Source of the DNA: an uncultured Thermoplasmatales archaeon | GTDB lineage: Archaea; Thermoplasmatota; E2; UBA202; JdFR-43 | Assembly (NCBI GenBank): GCA_965563795.1 | Contig: CBEXJS010000002.1 | Span: forward strand, 1-60,384 | Length of the DNA stretch: 60,384 nt | Reading direction: 5' to 3' | In this document: piece after piece, positions 8,767 to 15,713 of the stretch | Layout: the number at the start of each line of letters is the position of its first letter | Numbering within the stretch: position 1 is the stretch's first letter | Translations under genes and position numbers: made by a program | Notes under the pieces: generated by a model | The model's database searches: none | The model's input: the letters and a program-made list of their open reading frames with translations, nothing else | Told to the model about the DNA's origin: nothing

Positions 8767-9972
8767 ATGCTTGGAAAGTTTCAATTCAAAGGAGAGACAG
8801 CGAAAGACTTAAAGGAGACTTTATTCTCTCTCATATTCTGCACTTTTGGTGATTTAATAACTGGCATAACAATGGGTTTTTTCAGTCATAAGCTAAATGC
8901 ATTGCCTGCATTAATGGTTTTGATTCCTCCTGCCATTGGAATGCGAGGAAACATTTTTGCTTCACTGGGTTCAAGATTAGGAACTTATTTTTATACAGGA
9001 GAAATTGTAATTGGAAAGAAAAATAAAATTTTAGGAGAAAATATAATGGCAACTTTTGCCCAAACTTTTACAATGAGCTTTTATATTGGAATAATTGCAT
9101 GGATTATATCTCAGCATTTTGGAATGAAAAATGTAAGCATAACAGATTTAGCTCTCATATCTTTACTAGCTGGTGTTTTTTCTGCCTTCCTTCTCCTTTT
9201 CTTCACATTTGCAATAGCCTTTTCCAGCTATAAAAGAGGATGGAATCCAGATAATTTAACAGCTCCTCTTATAACACTCGCAGGAGATATAACCACCTTG
9301 CCCCTTCTATTTTTCTCAATGGAAATTGTTGTTGTAGTAGGAAAAGAAATAAAAGTAGCAATGTTAGCCTTCTTTCTATTGCTCAGTATATTCAGCCTTC
9401 TACTATCTTCCAGAAAAGTAAATGCAAAAAGAATAGTGATTGAAAGCATCCCTGTTTTGCTAATATGTGGGTTGCTTAGCAGTTTTTCAGGAAGCATCTT
9501 AGGTATGAAAGCAGAAGAAATTCTGAGTGTTGCTGCTATCCTAACAATCATTCCAGCCTTTTTGGAGGATGGCGGAGCTATAGGAGGAATTTTGGCGGCG
9601 AGATTTTCCACATATTTGCACACTGGAGAAATTAGATACGGTGAAAAATTACCAAAGAAGGCTATTAGCCTATTTATTTTGATGCACTTGGAAGGATTAA
9701 TAATATTTCCTCTGATAGGTATATTCGGATTTATAGCAGGAAGTTATATGGGTTTGCCAACATATTCCATTTTGAGGATGATATTGATTTCCTTAATAGC
9801 TGGTGAAATCATGGTATTGATTGTAAATTTCCTTTCCTTTTATGTTGTTATGTTATCTTATAAAGTTGGAATGGACCCAGATAATGTTACTATTCCCATT
9901 TTAACTAGCTTAATGGATTTTATAGGAACAGCTTGTTTAATTGGCGTTGCCTTCTTTTTATATCCTGCCTAA
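8767..9972 (+). CDS. MgtE/SLC41-family divalent cation transporter (two MgtE membrane repeats)
   Basis: 401 aa with an internal duplication. Repeat-marking motifs are PALMVLIPPAIGMRGNIFASLGSRL/NPDNLTAPLITLAGD and IIPAFLEDGGAIGGILAARF/DPDNVTIPILTSLMD. Confidence 0.75.
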   Translation: MLGKFQFKGETAKDLKETLFSLIFCTFGDLITGITMGFFSHKLNALPALMVLIPPAIGMRGNIFASLGSRLGTYFYTGEIVIGKKNKILGENIMATFAQTFTMSFYIGIIAWIISQHFGMKNVSITDLALISLLAGVFSAFLLLFFTFAIAFSSYKRGWNPDNLTAPLITLAGDITTLPLLFFSMEIVVVVGKEIKVAMLAFFLLLSIFSLLLSSRKVNAKRIVIESIPVLLICGLLSSFSGSILGMKAEEILSVAAILTIIPAFLEDGGAIGGILAARFSTYLHTGEIRYGEKLPKKAISLFILMHLEGLIIFPLIGIFGFIAGSYMGLPTYSILRMILISLIAGEIMVLIVNFLSFYVVMLSYKVGMDPDNVTIPILTSLMDFIGTACLIGVAFFLYPA

Positions 9973-10212
9973 AAGAATTTCTATTGCTGAAACGTTTCTA
10001 TTTTCAATCTCTTCAGTAAAAATTTTAATATCTTTTATCTCTATTCCTTCCAAAAATTTATTCATGCTTATCTGGCAGGCATCAACAGCTGTAGATATTG
10101 CTCTTCCTCTTGCCTTTATCAAAACCTCATCTGCTCCCTTGTTAAACTCTGTTGCAACAGCAGTTGCATACTTTATTGGCGCTTTATTTCCTATATATAT
10201 TATCGATTGCAT
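9958..10212 (-). CDS. albA: Chromatin protein Alba
   Basis: MQSIIYIGNKAPIKYATAV...EVLIKARGRAISTAVDA matches the Alba core. The track ORF (to 10335) is over-extended into the repeat region. ATG 10212 sits 22-29 nt downstream of a TTTATATA box. Confidence 0.85.
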   Translation of the reverse strand: MQSIIYIGNKAPIKYATAVATEFNKGADEVLIKARGRAISTAVDACQISMNKFLEGIEIKDIKIFTEEIENRNVSAIEILLGRI

Positions 10213-10233
10213 TGCCTTGCCATCTTTTTTCAA

Positions 10234-10241
10234 TATATAAA
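10234..10241 (-). promoter_or_regulatory. TATA box of alba (leaderless configuration)
   Basis: The minus strand reads TTTATATA at -29 to -22 relative to the A of ATG 10212. Confidence 0.5.
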
Positions 10242-10391
10242 ATTTTGTGTTTTTAGGAATTGAATAGATGAAAGAAATGATTGCCATTGCTATTGTTGCA
10301 TGGAAGGAAATCACTAAGGCAACTTTCCTTTTCATTGTATTTTCAACTGTTTTAGGAATTGAATAATGACATGTTTAAAGCCCACCTCCAT

Positions 10392-10629
10392 ATAAGCATG
10401 AAGGAAGCGGTAAAGAATGTAAAAGTAGCTATTGAAGCATCTGCAAACTATAGCTACTTGTAGATGCTTTAGCAAAAGAAGGCTATGGTTTTAGTGGCAG
10501 ATTTAACAAGAGGAAACTGCTATAACATCTTTTCATCTTTAGATATCATCGAAAAATTAATGGAGTGAAGTATTGGCGAGTAAATTCTCTTCTTGCAATA
10601 ATTGCCAATGATAGCCATTTCATTCATTT
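10392..10629. repeat. Intergenic repeat units (two degenerate plus-orientation units and one good minus-orientation unit at 10559-10629)
   Basis: The reverse complement of 10559-10629 reads AAATGAATGAAATGGCTATCATTGGCAATTATTGCAAGAAGAGAATTTACTCGCC..., matching the family consensus. The spurious ORF 10565-10756 arises here. Confidence 0.65.
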
Positions 10630-10651
10630 ATCAACAGACTCTATAAAAATA

Positions 10652-10736
10652 TGCGAGGGGCCGGATTTGAACCGGCGACGGCCTACGCCAGCAGATCTTG
10701 AGTCTGCCGCCTTGGACCTGGCTTGGCTACCCTCGC
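10652..10736 (-). tRNA. tRNA-Leu (anticodon CAA), class II with long variable arm
   Basis: Minus strand: GCGAGGG-UA-GCC..GGC-G-GCAGA-CUCAAGA-UCUGC-long variable arm-GCCGG-UUCAAAU-CCGGC-CCCUCGC-A. It forms a perfect 7-bp acceptor stem. CCA is not encoded, and a T-run follows the 3' end. Confidence 0.92.
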
Positions 10737-10773
10737 TCATTCATAATATACCTTAGAATTTTTAATTTTATCG

Positions 10774-11700
10774 CTACTCGACTTGTTCAAAAGTGCATTC
10801 ATCTACGCTTTTGTCTTCTCTTAGCCTTTTAAAAGCTGGTGCTCTAAGCTCATTATCTTTTGTTATTTCTAAATATTCTACTTCTGCAACAAATTTTGGC
10901 TTAACCCATATAACATTTTCTGGAGCATTTTCTGGATTAACAACTGGAGGAGAATCAACTTTCTCAAATTTTTTGAGCATGTAGTTCATGAGCTCTTCAT
11001 CAAATCCCGTTCCAACTTTTCCAATGTAATAGAGTTTGCCATCCTTCCATAATGCCATTGCTAAAGCACTTATTTCTCTTATTTCTTGGGTATATCCAAC
11101 TATAACAACATCTATTGTTTTTGTATTCTTTATTTTAAGCCATTCTTTCCTTCTTTCTCCTGGATAATATTTGCTTCCCAGCTTTTTTGCAATTACTCCT
11201 TCCATTTCCCTTTTTATAATTTCTTTCCATAATGCCTCACCATTTGGCGTAGAAAAAATTAATTCCAAATGCGCAGATTTTTCAAATAAATCATTCAATA
11301 TTTCTTTTCTTTCTTCCAATGGCTTCTCTATCAAACTTTTTCCATCAATTTCGAGAATATCAAAAATAACATATGTTGCAGGAATAAGCTTGGCTTTAAT
11401 TTCTATAATGAATTCATTATCTATATGCTCTCTTTTTTGCAATAAATAAAAATCTGGAATGCCTTCCTTATTATAGCAAACTATCTCCCCATCAAAAACC
11501 ATTCCTTTATATTTTTTCAATTCTTGACAAATGAAAGGATATCTTTTCCTTATATTCTTCTCCCTTCTATTGAATAAATTCACCTCTTCATTTATTTCTG
11601 CAATGCATCTTGTTCCATCGAGTTTTGGCTCAAATATGTAATCTTTACTTCTAAGTAATTCTTTTGTGCCTTTCTTGCATAGCATTGGTAAATATTTCAT
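10774..11700 (-). CDS. ATP-dependent DNA ligase, small LigD-ligase-domain type
   Basis: 308 aa with adenylation motif I EPKLDGTR. The compact size is typical of NHEJ ligase domains. It has an ATGA overlap with ku. Confidence 0.8.
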   Translation of the reverse strand: MKYLPMLCKKGTKELLRSKDYIFEPKLDGTRCIAEINEEVNLFNRREKNIRKRYPFICQELKKYKGMVFDGEIVCYNKEGIPDFYLLQKREHIDNEFIIEIKAKLIPATYVIFDILEIDGKSLIEKPLEERKEILNDLFEKSAHLELIFSTPNGEALWKEIIKREMEGVIAKKLGSKYYPGERRKEWLKIKNTKTIDVVIVGYTQEIREISALAMALWKDGKLYYIGKVGTGFDEELMNYMLKKFEKVDSPPVVNPENAPENVIWVKPKFVAEVEYLEITKDNELRAPAFKRLREDKSVDECTFEQVE

Positions 11701-12461
11701 TTTTCAATGCTTGCTTTTAAAGCTTCCATTAAACTAATTTCTTCCTCCTTTGGCTTTGCTTCCTCAATTTTAACTTCTTCTCCAGCCATCTTCTTCTTTA
11801 CCAGTTCTTTCAATTCTTCAATAAATGTATCTTTGTATTTACTCAAATCAAATTTCTCGTTGTAATATTTCTGTATAAGAAGTCTTCCTAATTCCTTTTC
11901 TTTTTCGCTAATTTCTGGAACTTCATCTAGATTTTCAAGCTCATTAACATCTCTTATTTCATCATAATAATGAAGGATTGAAAGAAGCAAGCCCTTTTTA
12001 TATGGTTGTATTGCGCAAAGATATTCCTTATTTTTTATTACTACTTTTCCTATTGCAGCTTTTTTCATTTCTTCCAAAAGTTCTCTAAGCAGGAAGAAAG
12101 CTTTATCTCTCTTTTTTTGAGGAATCATATAATAATGCTTTTCATAATAAACAGGATCAATTTGCTCTAAATCAACAAACTCATATATTTCCAGCGTATC
12201 AGTTCTCTTAGGCTTTAACTTCTTTATTTCTTCAGTATCTAAAATGAAATAGCTCTTTTTCTCAAATTCTAAACCCATTACAACATTATCCTTAGAAAGT
12301 TCTTCTCCATGCTCACAAACCATTTTATAGTGGACTGGAACAACATGTTCTTTACAGAGCATTCTAAAGCTAACTTGCTTTGATTTTGTGGCAGAGTAAA
12401 TTTTGACTGGAATGTTTACCAAGCCCCAGCTTATGCTTCCGCTCCAGCTCGCTCTCATCAA
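11697..12461 (-). CDS. ku: Ku DNA end-binding protein
   Basis: 254 aa. The N-terminus SWSGSISWGLVNIPVKIYSAT matches the prokaryotic Ku signature, and the basic/acidic C-terminal tail also fits prokaryotic Ku. Confidence 0.8.
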   Translation of the reverse strand: MMRASWSGSISWGLVNIPVKIYSATKSKQVSFRMLCKEHVVPVHYKMVCEHGEELSKDNVVMGLEFEKKSYFILDTEEIKKLKPKRTDTLEIYEFVDLEQIDPVYYEKHYYMIPQKKRDKAFFLLRELLEEMKKAAIGKVVIKNKEYLCAIQPYKKGLLLSILHYYDEIRDVNELENLDEVPEISEKEKELGRLLIQKYYNEKFDLSKYKDTFIEELKELVKKKMAGEEVKIEEAKPKEEEISLMEALKASIEK

Positions 12462-12513
12462 TTTTATTTACTTCCTTTTATAAAAACTTTTATTTATATA
12501 ATACAGGTTGTAT

Positions 12514-12610
12514 ATGAAAGAAGGTTGGCTTGCCATTGTTGCATAGTTGTTGGAATAATAGTTGTTACCTCACAATTTTCAATCATGCAATAATAGCCTA
12601 TCCTTTCATT
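12514..12610. repeat. Two repeat units in tail-to-tail (palindromic) arrangement
   Basis: The plus arm is ATGAAAGAAGGTTGGCTTGCCATTGTTGCATAG... . The reverse complement of the minus arm is AAATGAAAGGATAGGCTATTATTGCATGATTG. The pair lies in the divergent ku/mbf1 promoter region. Confidence 0.65.
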
Positions 12611-12665
12611 TGTTCAATGCCCCTCTTAATTGCAAAAATTCTTAATGTGCTATCCATTTATTATC

Positions 12666-13118
12666 ATGAAATGTGAGATTTGTGGCAGAGAAGCTAAGTT
12701 AAGAAGAGCTTTAGTTGAAGGTGTTGAAATGCTTGTCTGCCAAGAATGTAGTAGATATGGAATTGTTTTGCCTGAAAAAAGAGCTTTTGTTCCAAAACCA
12801 AAGAAAAAGCCATTGCCATATTCAAAAGATGTTTTTGAAGAAATGGATAAAGATTTGGTGCCAGATTGGGGAAAGAAAATAAGAGAGGCAAGAGAAAGAA
12901 AAGGACTAAGTAGAGAGCAACTTGGAGCTATGGTGGGAGAAAAAACAACAACTATTGCAAAAATTGAAAATGAAGAACTGCGCCCGACAGATGAAACAGT
13001 TAAGAAATTAGAGAAAGTGCTGGAAATAAAATTATTCCAAGAAGTTGGGAAAGCTTTGATTAAATCAAAAGGCACTCGCCCCTTGACTATAGGGGATTTA
13101 CTTAAAAATGCAAAATGA
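12666..13118 (+). CDS. Archaeal multiprotein bridging factor 1 (aMBF1; zinc ribbon plus XRE HTH)
   Basis: MKCEICGRE...CQEC zinc ribbon followed by the HTH segment GLSREQLGAMVGEKTTTIAKIENEE. The track start 12630 is TTG inside the repeat. ATG 12666 is preferred. Confidence 0.8.
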   Translation: MKCEICGREAKLRRALVEGVEMLVCQECSRYGIVLPEKRAFVPKPKKKPLPYSKDVFEEMDKDLVPDWGKKIREARERKGLSREQLGAMVGEKTTTIAKIENEELRPTDETVKKLEKVLEIKLFQEVGKALIKSKGTRPLTIGDLLKNAK

Positions 13119-13707
13119 AATAAGAAAAGCTATTAAGTTGCTTAAGCAAGGAGAACTAATTGTTTATCCTACAGATACTTTATATGGTTTAGGAGCAGAC
13201 ATTTTTAATGAAGAAGCTATCAAAAAAGTTTATGAGGTGAAAAAAAGACCTTTTGATTTGCCTTTATCAATAGCTATAGCCAGTGTGGATGAAATAAATG
13301 AATATGCATATATGAATGAGATTGCATATAAAATTGCTCGTGAATTCCTTCCCGGGGCAATAACAATTATTTTAAAAAAGAGGAAAGTAATTCCAGATAT
13401 AATTGCAAAAGAAAAAATAGGTATAAGGATACCAGCAAATGAAATTGCTTTAAAAATAGCAAAAGAATTGCCTATAACAGCAACGAGCGCCAACATACAT
13501 GGAAAAAATCCCCCTAAGGAAATAAAAGAGGCTAAGGAACAATTGGGGAATAAAATTGCTCTATATATAGATGGAGGAAAGTTACCAGGAAAACCGTCGA
13601 CAATTGTGGATGTTTCTGAAGGAAAAATTAAAATTATAAGGGAGGGAGCAATAAGGAGAGGGGAAATATGGAAAATTATGAAGAATATAAGGAAGCGGGA
13701 AGAATAG
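13108..13707 (+). CDS. L-threonylcarbamoyladenylate synthase, YrdC/TsaC-type (Sua5 family, single domain)
   Basis: 199 aa with the YPTDTLYGLGAD motif, SANIHG and STIVD. Confidence 0.8.
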   Translation: MQNEIRKAIKLLKQGELIVYPTDTLYGLGADIFNEEAIKKVYEVKKRPFDLPLSIAIASVDEINEYAYMNEIAYKIAREFLPGAITIILKKRKVIPDIIAKEKIGIRIPANEIALKIAKELPITATSANIHGKNPPKEIKEAKEQLGNKIALYIDGGKLPGKPSTIVDVSEGKIKIIREGAIRRGEIWKIMKNIRKREE

Positions 13708-14528
13708 CGAGAGATGCTTTAAAGCTGGGGATTAAAAATATAAAGGAAGGAAAAAGTTATTTAGAGTTGGCAGAAGAAATTGAAGAATATATAAAAAGAA
13801 AAGCTGGTTTAGCTTTTCCAGTAAATATATCTGTTAACAGCACAGCTGCTCATTATACGCCAGCAAAACATGACGAGCTTGTTTTTGAAAAAGGAGATGT
13901 TGTGAAGATAGATGTTGGAGCACATGTTAATGGTTGCATAGGAGATACAGCAAGAACAGTTGAAATAGGAACAAAAAAATATGAAAAACTCATAGAATCA
14001 GCTGAAAAAGCTCTGGAAGAAGCTATAAAAATGGCAAGAGATGGTGTTAAAGTTTCAGAAATTGGAAAGAAAATCGAAGAATGCATTGCCAAATATGGAT
14101 TTAAGCCAGTTAAAAACTTGCAAGGACATTCTTTGGAAAGGTATAATCTTCATGCTGGTTTATCTATTCCAAATTTTGACAATAAAAGTCAAAAAAAACT
14201 TAAGGCGGGGCAAGTAGTTGCCATCGAACCATTTGCAACAGATGGAGCAGGAATTGTTGTAGATGCTGGAATAGGAAATATTTACAGAATAGCAAAAAAT
14301 TCTCCATTTATAAGCCAAATAAGAAAAAAATTCTCTTCCCTACCATTTGCAGAAAGATGGCTATACGAAATTTATGGAGAAAAAACACAGTCCAAACTAA
14401 TATTCTTTATTAGAAGGGGGTTAATAGTTCCATACTACAAGCTGGTTGATATGCAGGGAGGAATAGTGGCACAGGCAGAACATACTTTGCTTATAAAAGA
14501 GGATGGTTGTGAAGTGCTGACTATTTGA
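13668..14528 (+). CDS. map: Methionine aminopeptidase, type 2 (archaeal)
   Basis: 286 aa with metal-ligand context AAHYTP, VKIDVGAHVNGCIGDTA, HSL..Y..H and EPF...G. Confidence 0.85.
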   Translation: MENYEEYKEAGRIARDALKLGIKNIKEGKSYLELAEEIEEYIKRKAGLAFPVNISVNSTAAHYTPAKHDELVFEKGDVVKIDVGAHVNGCIGDTARTVEIGTKKYEKLIESAEKALEEAIKMARDGVKVSEIGKKIEECIAKYGFKPVKNLQGHSLERYNLHAGLSIPNFDNKSQKKLKAGQVVAIEPFATDGAGIVVDAGIGNIYRIAKNSPFISQIRKKFSSLPFAERWLYEIYGEKTQSKLIFFIRRGLIVPYYKLVDMQGGIVAQAEHTLLIKEDGCEVLTI

Positions 14529-14551
14529 ACAATGAAGACTAGATTACAATA

Positions 14552-14622
14552 AATGAAATGGATGTTGTCGTAGTAAATTCTCTTCAATGCGATAATAGCC
14601 AATGACAATCTTTTCTTTCATT
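14552..14622 (-). repeat. Full-length unit of the dispersed repeat family (71 bp)
   Basis: The reverse complement reads AATGAAAGAAAAGATTGTCATTGGCTATTATCGCATTGAAGAGAATTTACTACGACAACATCCATTTCATT. The ends form an imperfect inverted repeat (AATGAAA...TTGTC / GACAA...TTTCATT). Confidence 0.75.
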
Positions 14623-14683
14623 CTGATTTTTTCATCAATCCAAAAGAACCAAAACTTAAATATGGTGGGAATATGGCGTTATA

Positions 14684-15583
14684 ATGAAATTCATTGTATA
14701 TGGAGCGGGCGCCCTTGGCTCCCTATTTGGCGCTTTGCTTTCAACAAAGCATGATGTTTTGCTTGTTGGAAGAGAAGAGCATATAAAGGCAATAGAAAAA
14801 AATGGTTTAAAAATAGAAGGAGCAACAAAAGGAATTTTTTATCCAAAAGTAAAATGGGATGGAAGTAGGTATGATGTTGTTTTACTTACTACAAAATCAT
14901 ATGATACAAGAAAAGCTGTTAAGGAAATAAAGGAAAAATTTGGAAAAATAGCTGTTCTGTCCCTCCAAAACGGATTGAGGAATGAAGAAATTATTGCTGA
15001 AGAAATGGGAATGGAATATGCTTTGGGAGGAATAACAAGTCAAGGTGCAACATTTTTGCAAGCTGGAAAAATATACCATGCTGGAAAAGGAGAAACAGTT
15101 ATAGGCGAGTTAAATGGAAAGATTACAGAAAGGATTAGAAAAATTGTAGATGCATTCAATGAATGTGGGATAGAAACAAAAATAAGTAGAAATATAAAGG
15201 AAGAGATATGGAGAAAAGCCATTATTAACTCTGCTATAAATGGTTTAACTGCAGTATTGAGATGCAAAAATGGAGAAATCTTAAGAGATGCATATGCAGA
15301 AAAATTGCTTGAAGAAATTTGTAAAGAAGGTATAAGAGTAGCCAATGCTGAAGGTGTGGAAGTTGGTAATGAAGTTATACAAAAAGCGAAAGAAATTGCA
15401 TATAAAACAGCAGATAACATATCCTCAATGCTTCAAGATATCTTAAAGGGGAAAAAGACAGAGGTTGAAGAAATAAATGGAGAAATTGTTAAAATAGCCA
15501 AAAAACATGGAATAGAAGCGCCTTTAAATGAATTTTTAACTTATGCCATAAAAGCAATGGAAAATGTGCGGCATCTGGGTTGA
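14684..15583 (+). CDS. panE: 2-dehydropantoate 2-reductase (PanE/ApbA family)
   Basis: 299 aa with N-terminal Rossmann motif IVYGAGALGSLFGALL and PanE-like length. Its last roughly 7 codons overlap the 3' hairpin of the antisense H/ACA RNA. Confidence 0.75.
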   Translation: MKFIVYGAGALGSLFGALLSTKHDVLLVGREEHIKAIEKNGLKIEGATKGIFYPKVKWDGSRYDVVLLTTKSYDTRKAVKEIKEKFGKIAVLSLQNGLRNEEIIAEEMGMEYALGGITSQGATFLQAGKIYHAGKGETVIGELNGKITERIRKIVDAFNECGIETKISRNIKEEIWRKAIINSAINGLTAVLRCKNGEILRDAYAEKLLEEICKEGIRVANAEGVEVGNEVIQKAKEIAYKTADNISSMLQDILKGKKTEVEEINGEIVKIAKKHGIEAPLNEFLTYAIKAMENVRHLG

Positions 15584-15685
15584 CCTGGCGGTCATCCTTT
15601 TATCCCGCAGGGGCCCGTAGATGCCGCTGTTGCTCCATGCTTGCACCTCTACTCATGGTTCGTAGAGGCCTTCGGATGGAGCAAT
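15562..15685 (-). ncRNA. Double-hairpin box H/ACA guide sRNA
   Basis: A GC-rich island in AT-rich DNA. Minus strand hairpin 1: GCUCCAU-CCGAAGG-CCUCUAC-GAACCAUGA-GUAGAGG-UGCAAGC-AUGGAGC-A-ACA. Hairpin 2: GCGGCAUCU-ACGGGCC-CCUGCGG-GAUAAAAGGAUGA-CCGcCAGG-UCAACCC-AGAUGCCGC-ACA-UUUU. Both have perfect 7-9 bp lower stems, 7+7 nt internal pockets and 7-bp upper stems. Both apical loops start GA and end UGA (K-loop-like). An ACA follows each hairpin, then an oligo-U run. Confidence 0.72.
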
Positions 15686-15704
15686 TAATAAATGTATTGT
15701 TGCA

Positions 15705-15713
15705 TAAAAATAT
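15705..15713 (-). promoter_or_regulatory. Candidate TATA box for the H/ACA sRNA
   Basis: The minus strand reads ATATTTTTA at about -31 to -23 from the first base of hairpin 1 (15682). It overlaps the stop codon of the upstream peptidase gene. Confidence 0.4.

Noticed and set aside
10565-10756. 63-aa plus-strand ORF from the track
   Set aside because: It lies across a repeat unit and the antisense of tRNA-Leu. The GC-rich part is simply the tRNA complement.
10652-12461. tRNA-Leu considered as an integration site, with Ku-ligase as cargo of an integrated element
   Set aside because: No integrase gene is present, I could not find a direct repeat of the tRNA 3' half, and the flanking genes are ordinary chromosomal genes.
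14552-14622. Repeat units considered as small peptide genes (each begins with ATGAAAG...)
   Set aside because: Translating different copies gives unrelated peptides, because indels shift the frame (MKEKIVIGYY..., MKDWLSLALL..., MKERLSLINIV-stop). Conservation is at the nucleotide and inverted-repeat level, not the protein level.
15584-15690. The GC-rich intergenic island considered as a 5S rRNA, tRNA or SRP RNA fragment
   Set aside because: Neither strand shows a cloverleaf, 5S loop C/E signatures or SRP motifs. The two-hairpin, ACA-terminated architecture on the minus strand fits an H/ACA guide RNA much better.
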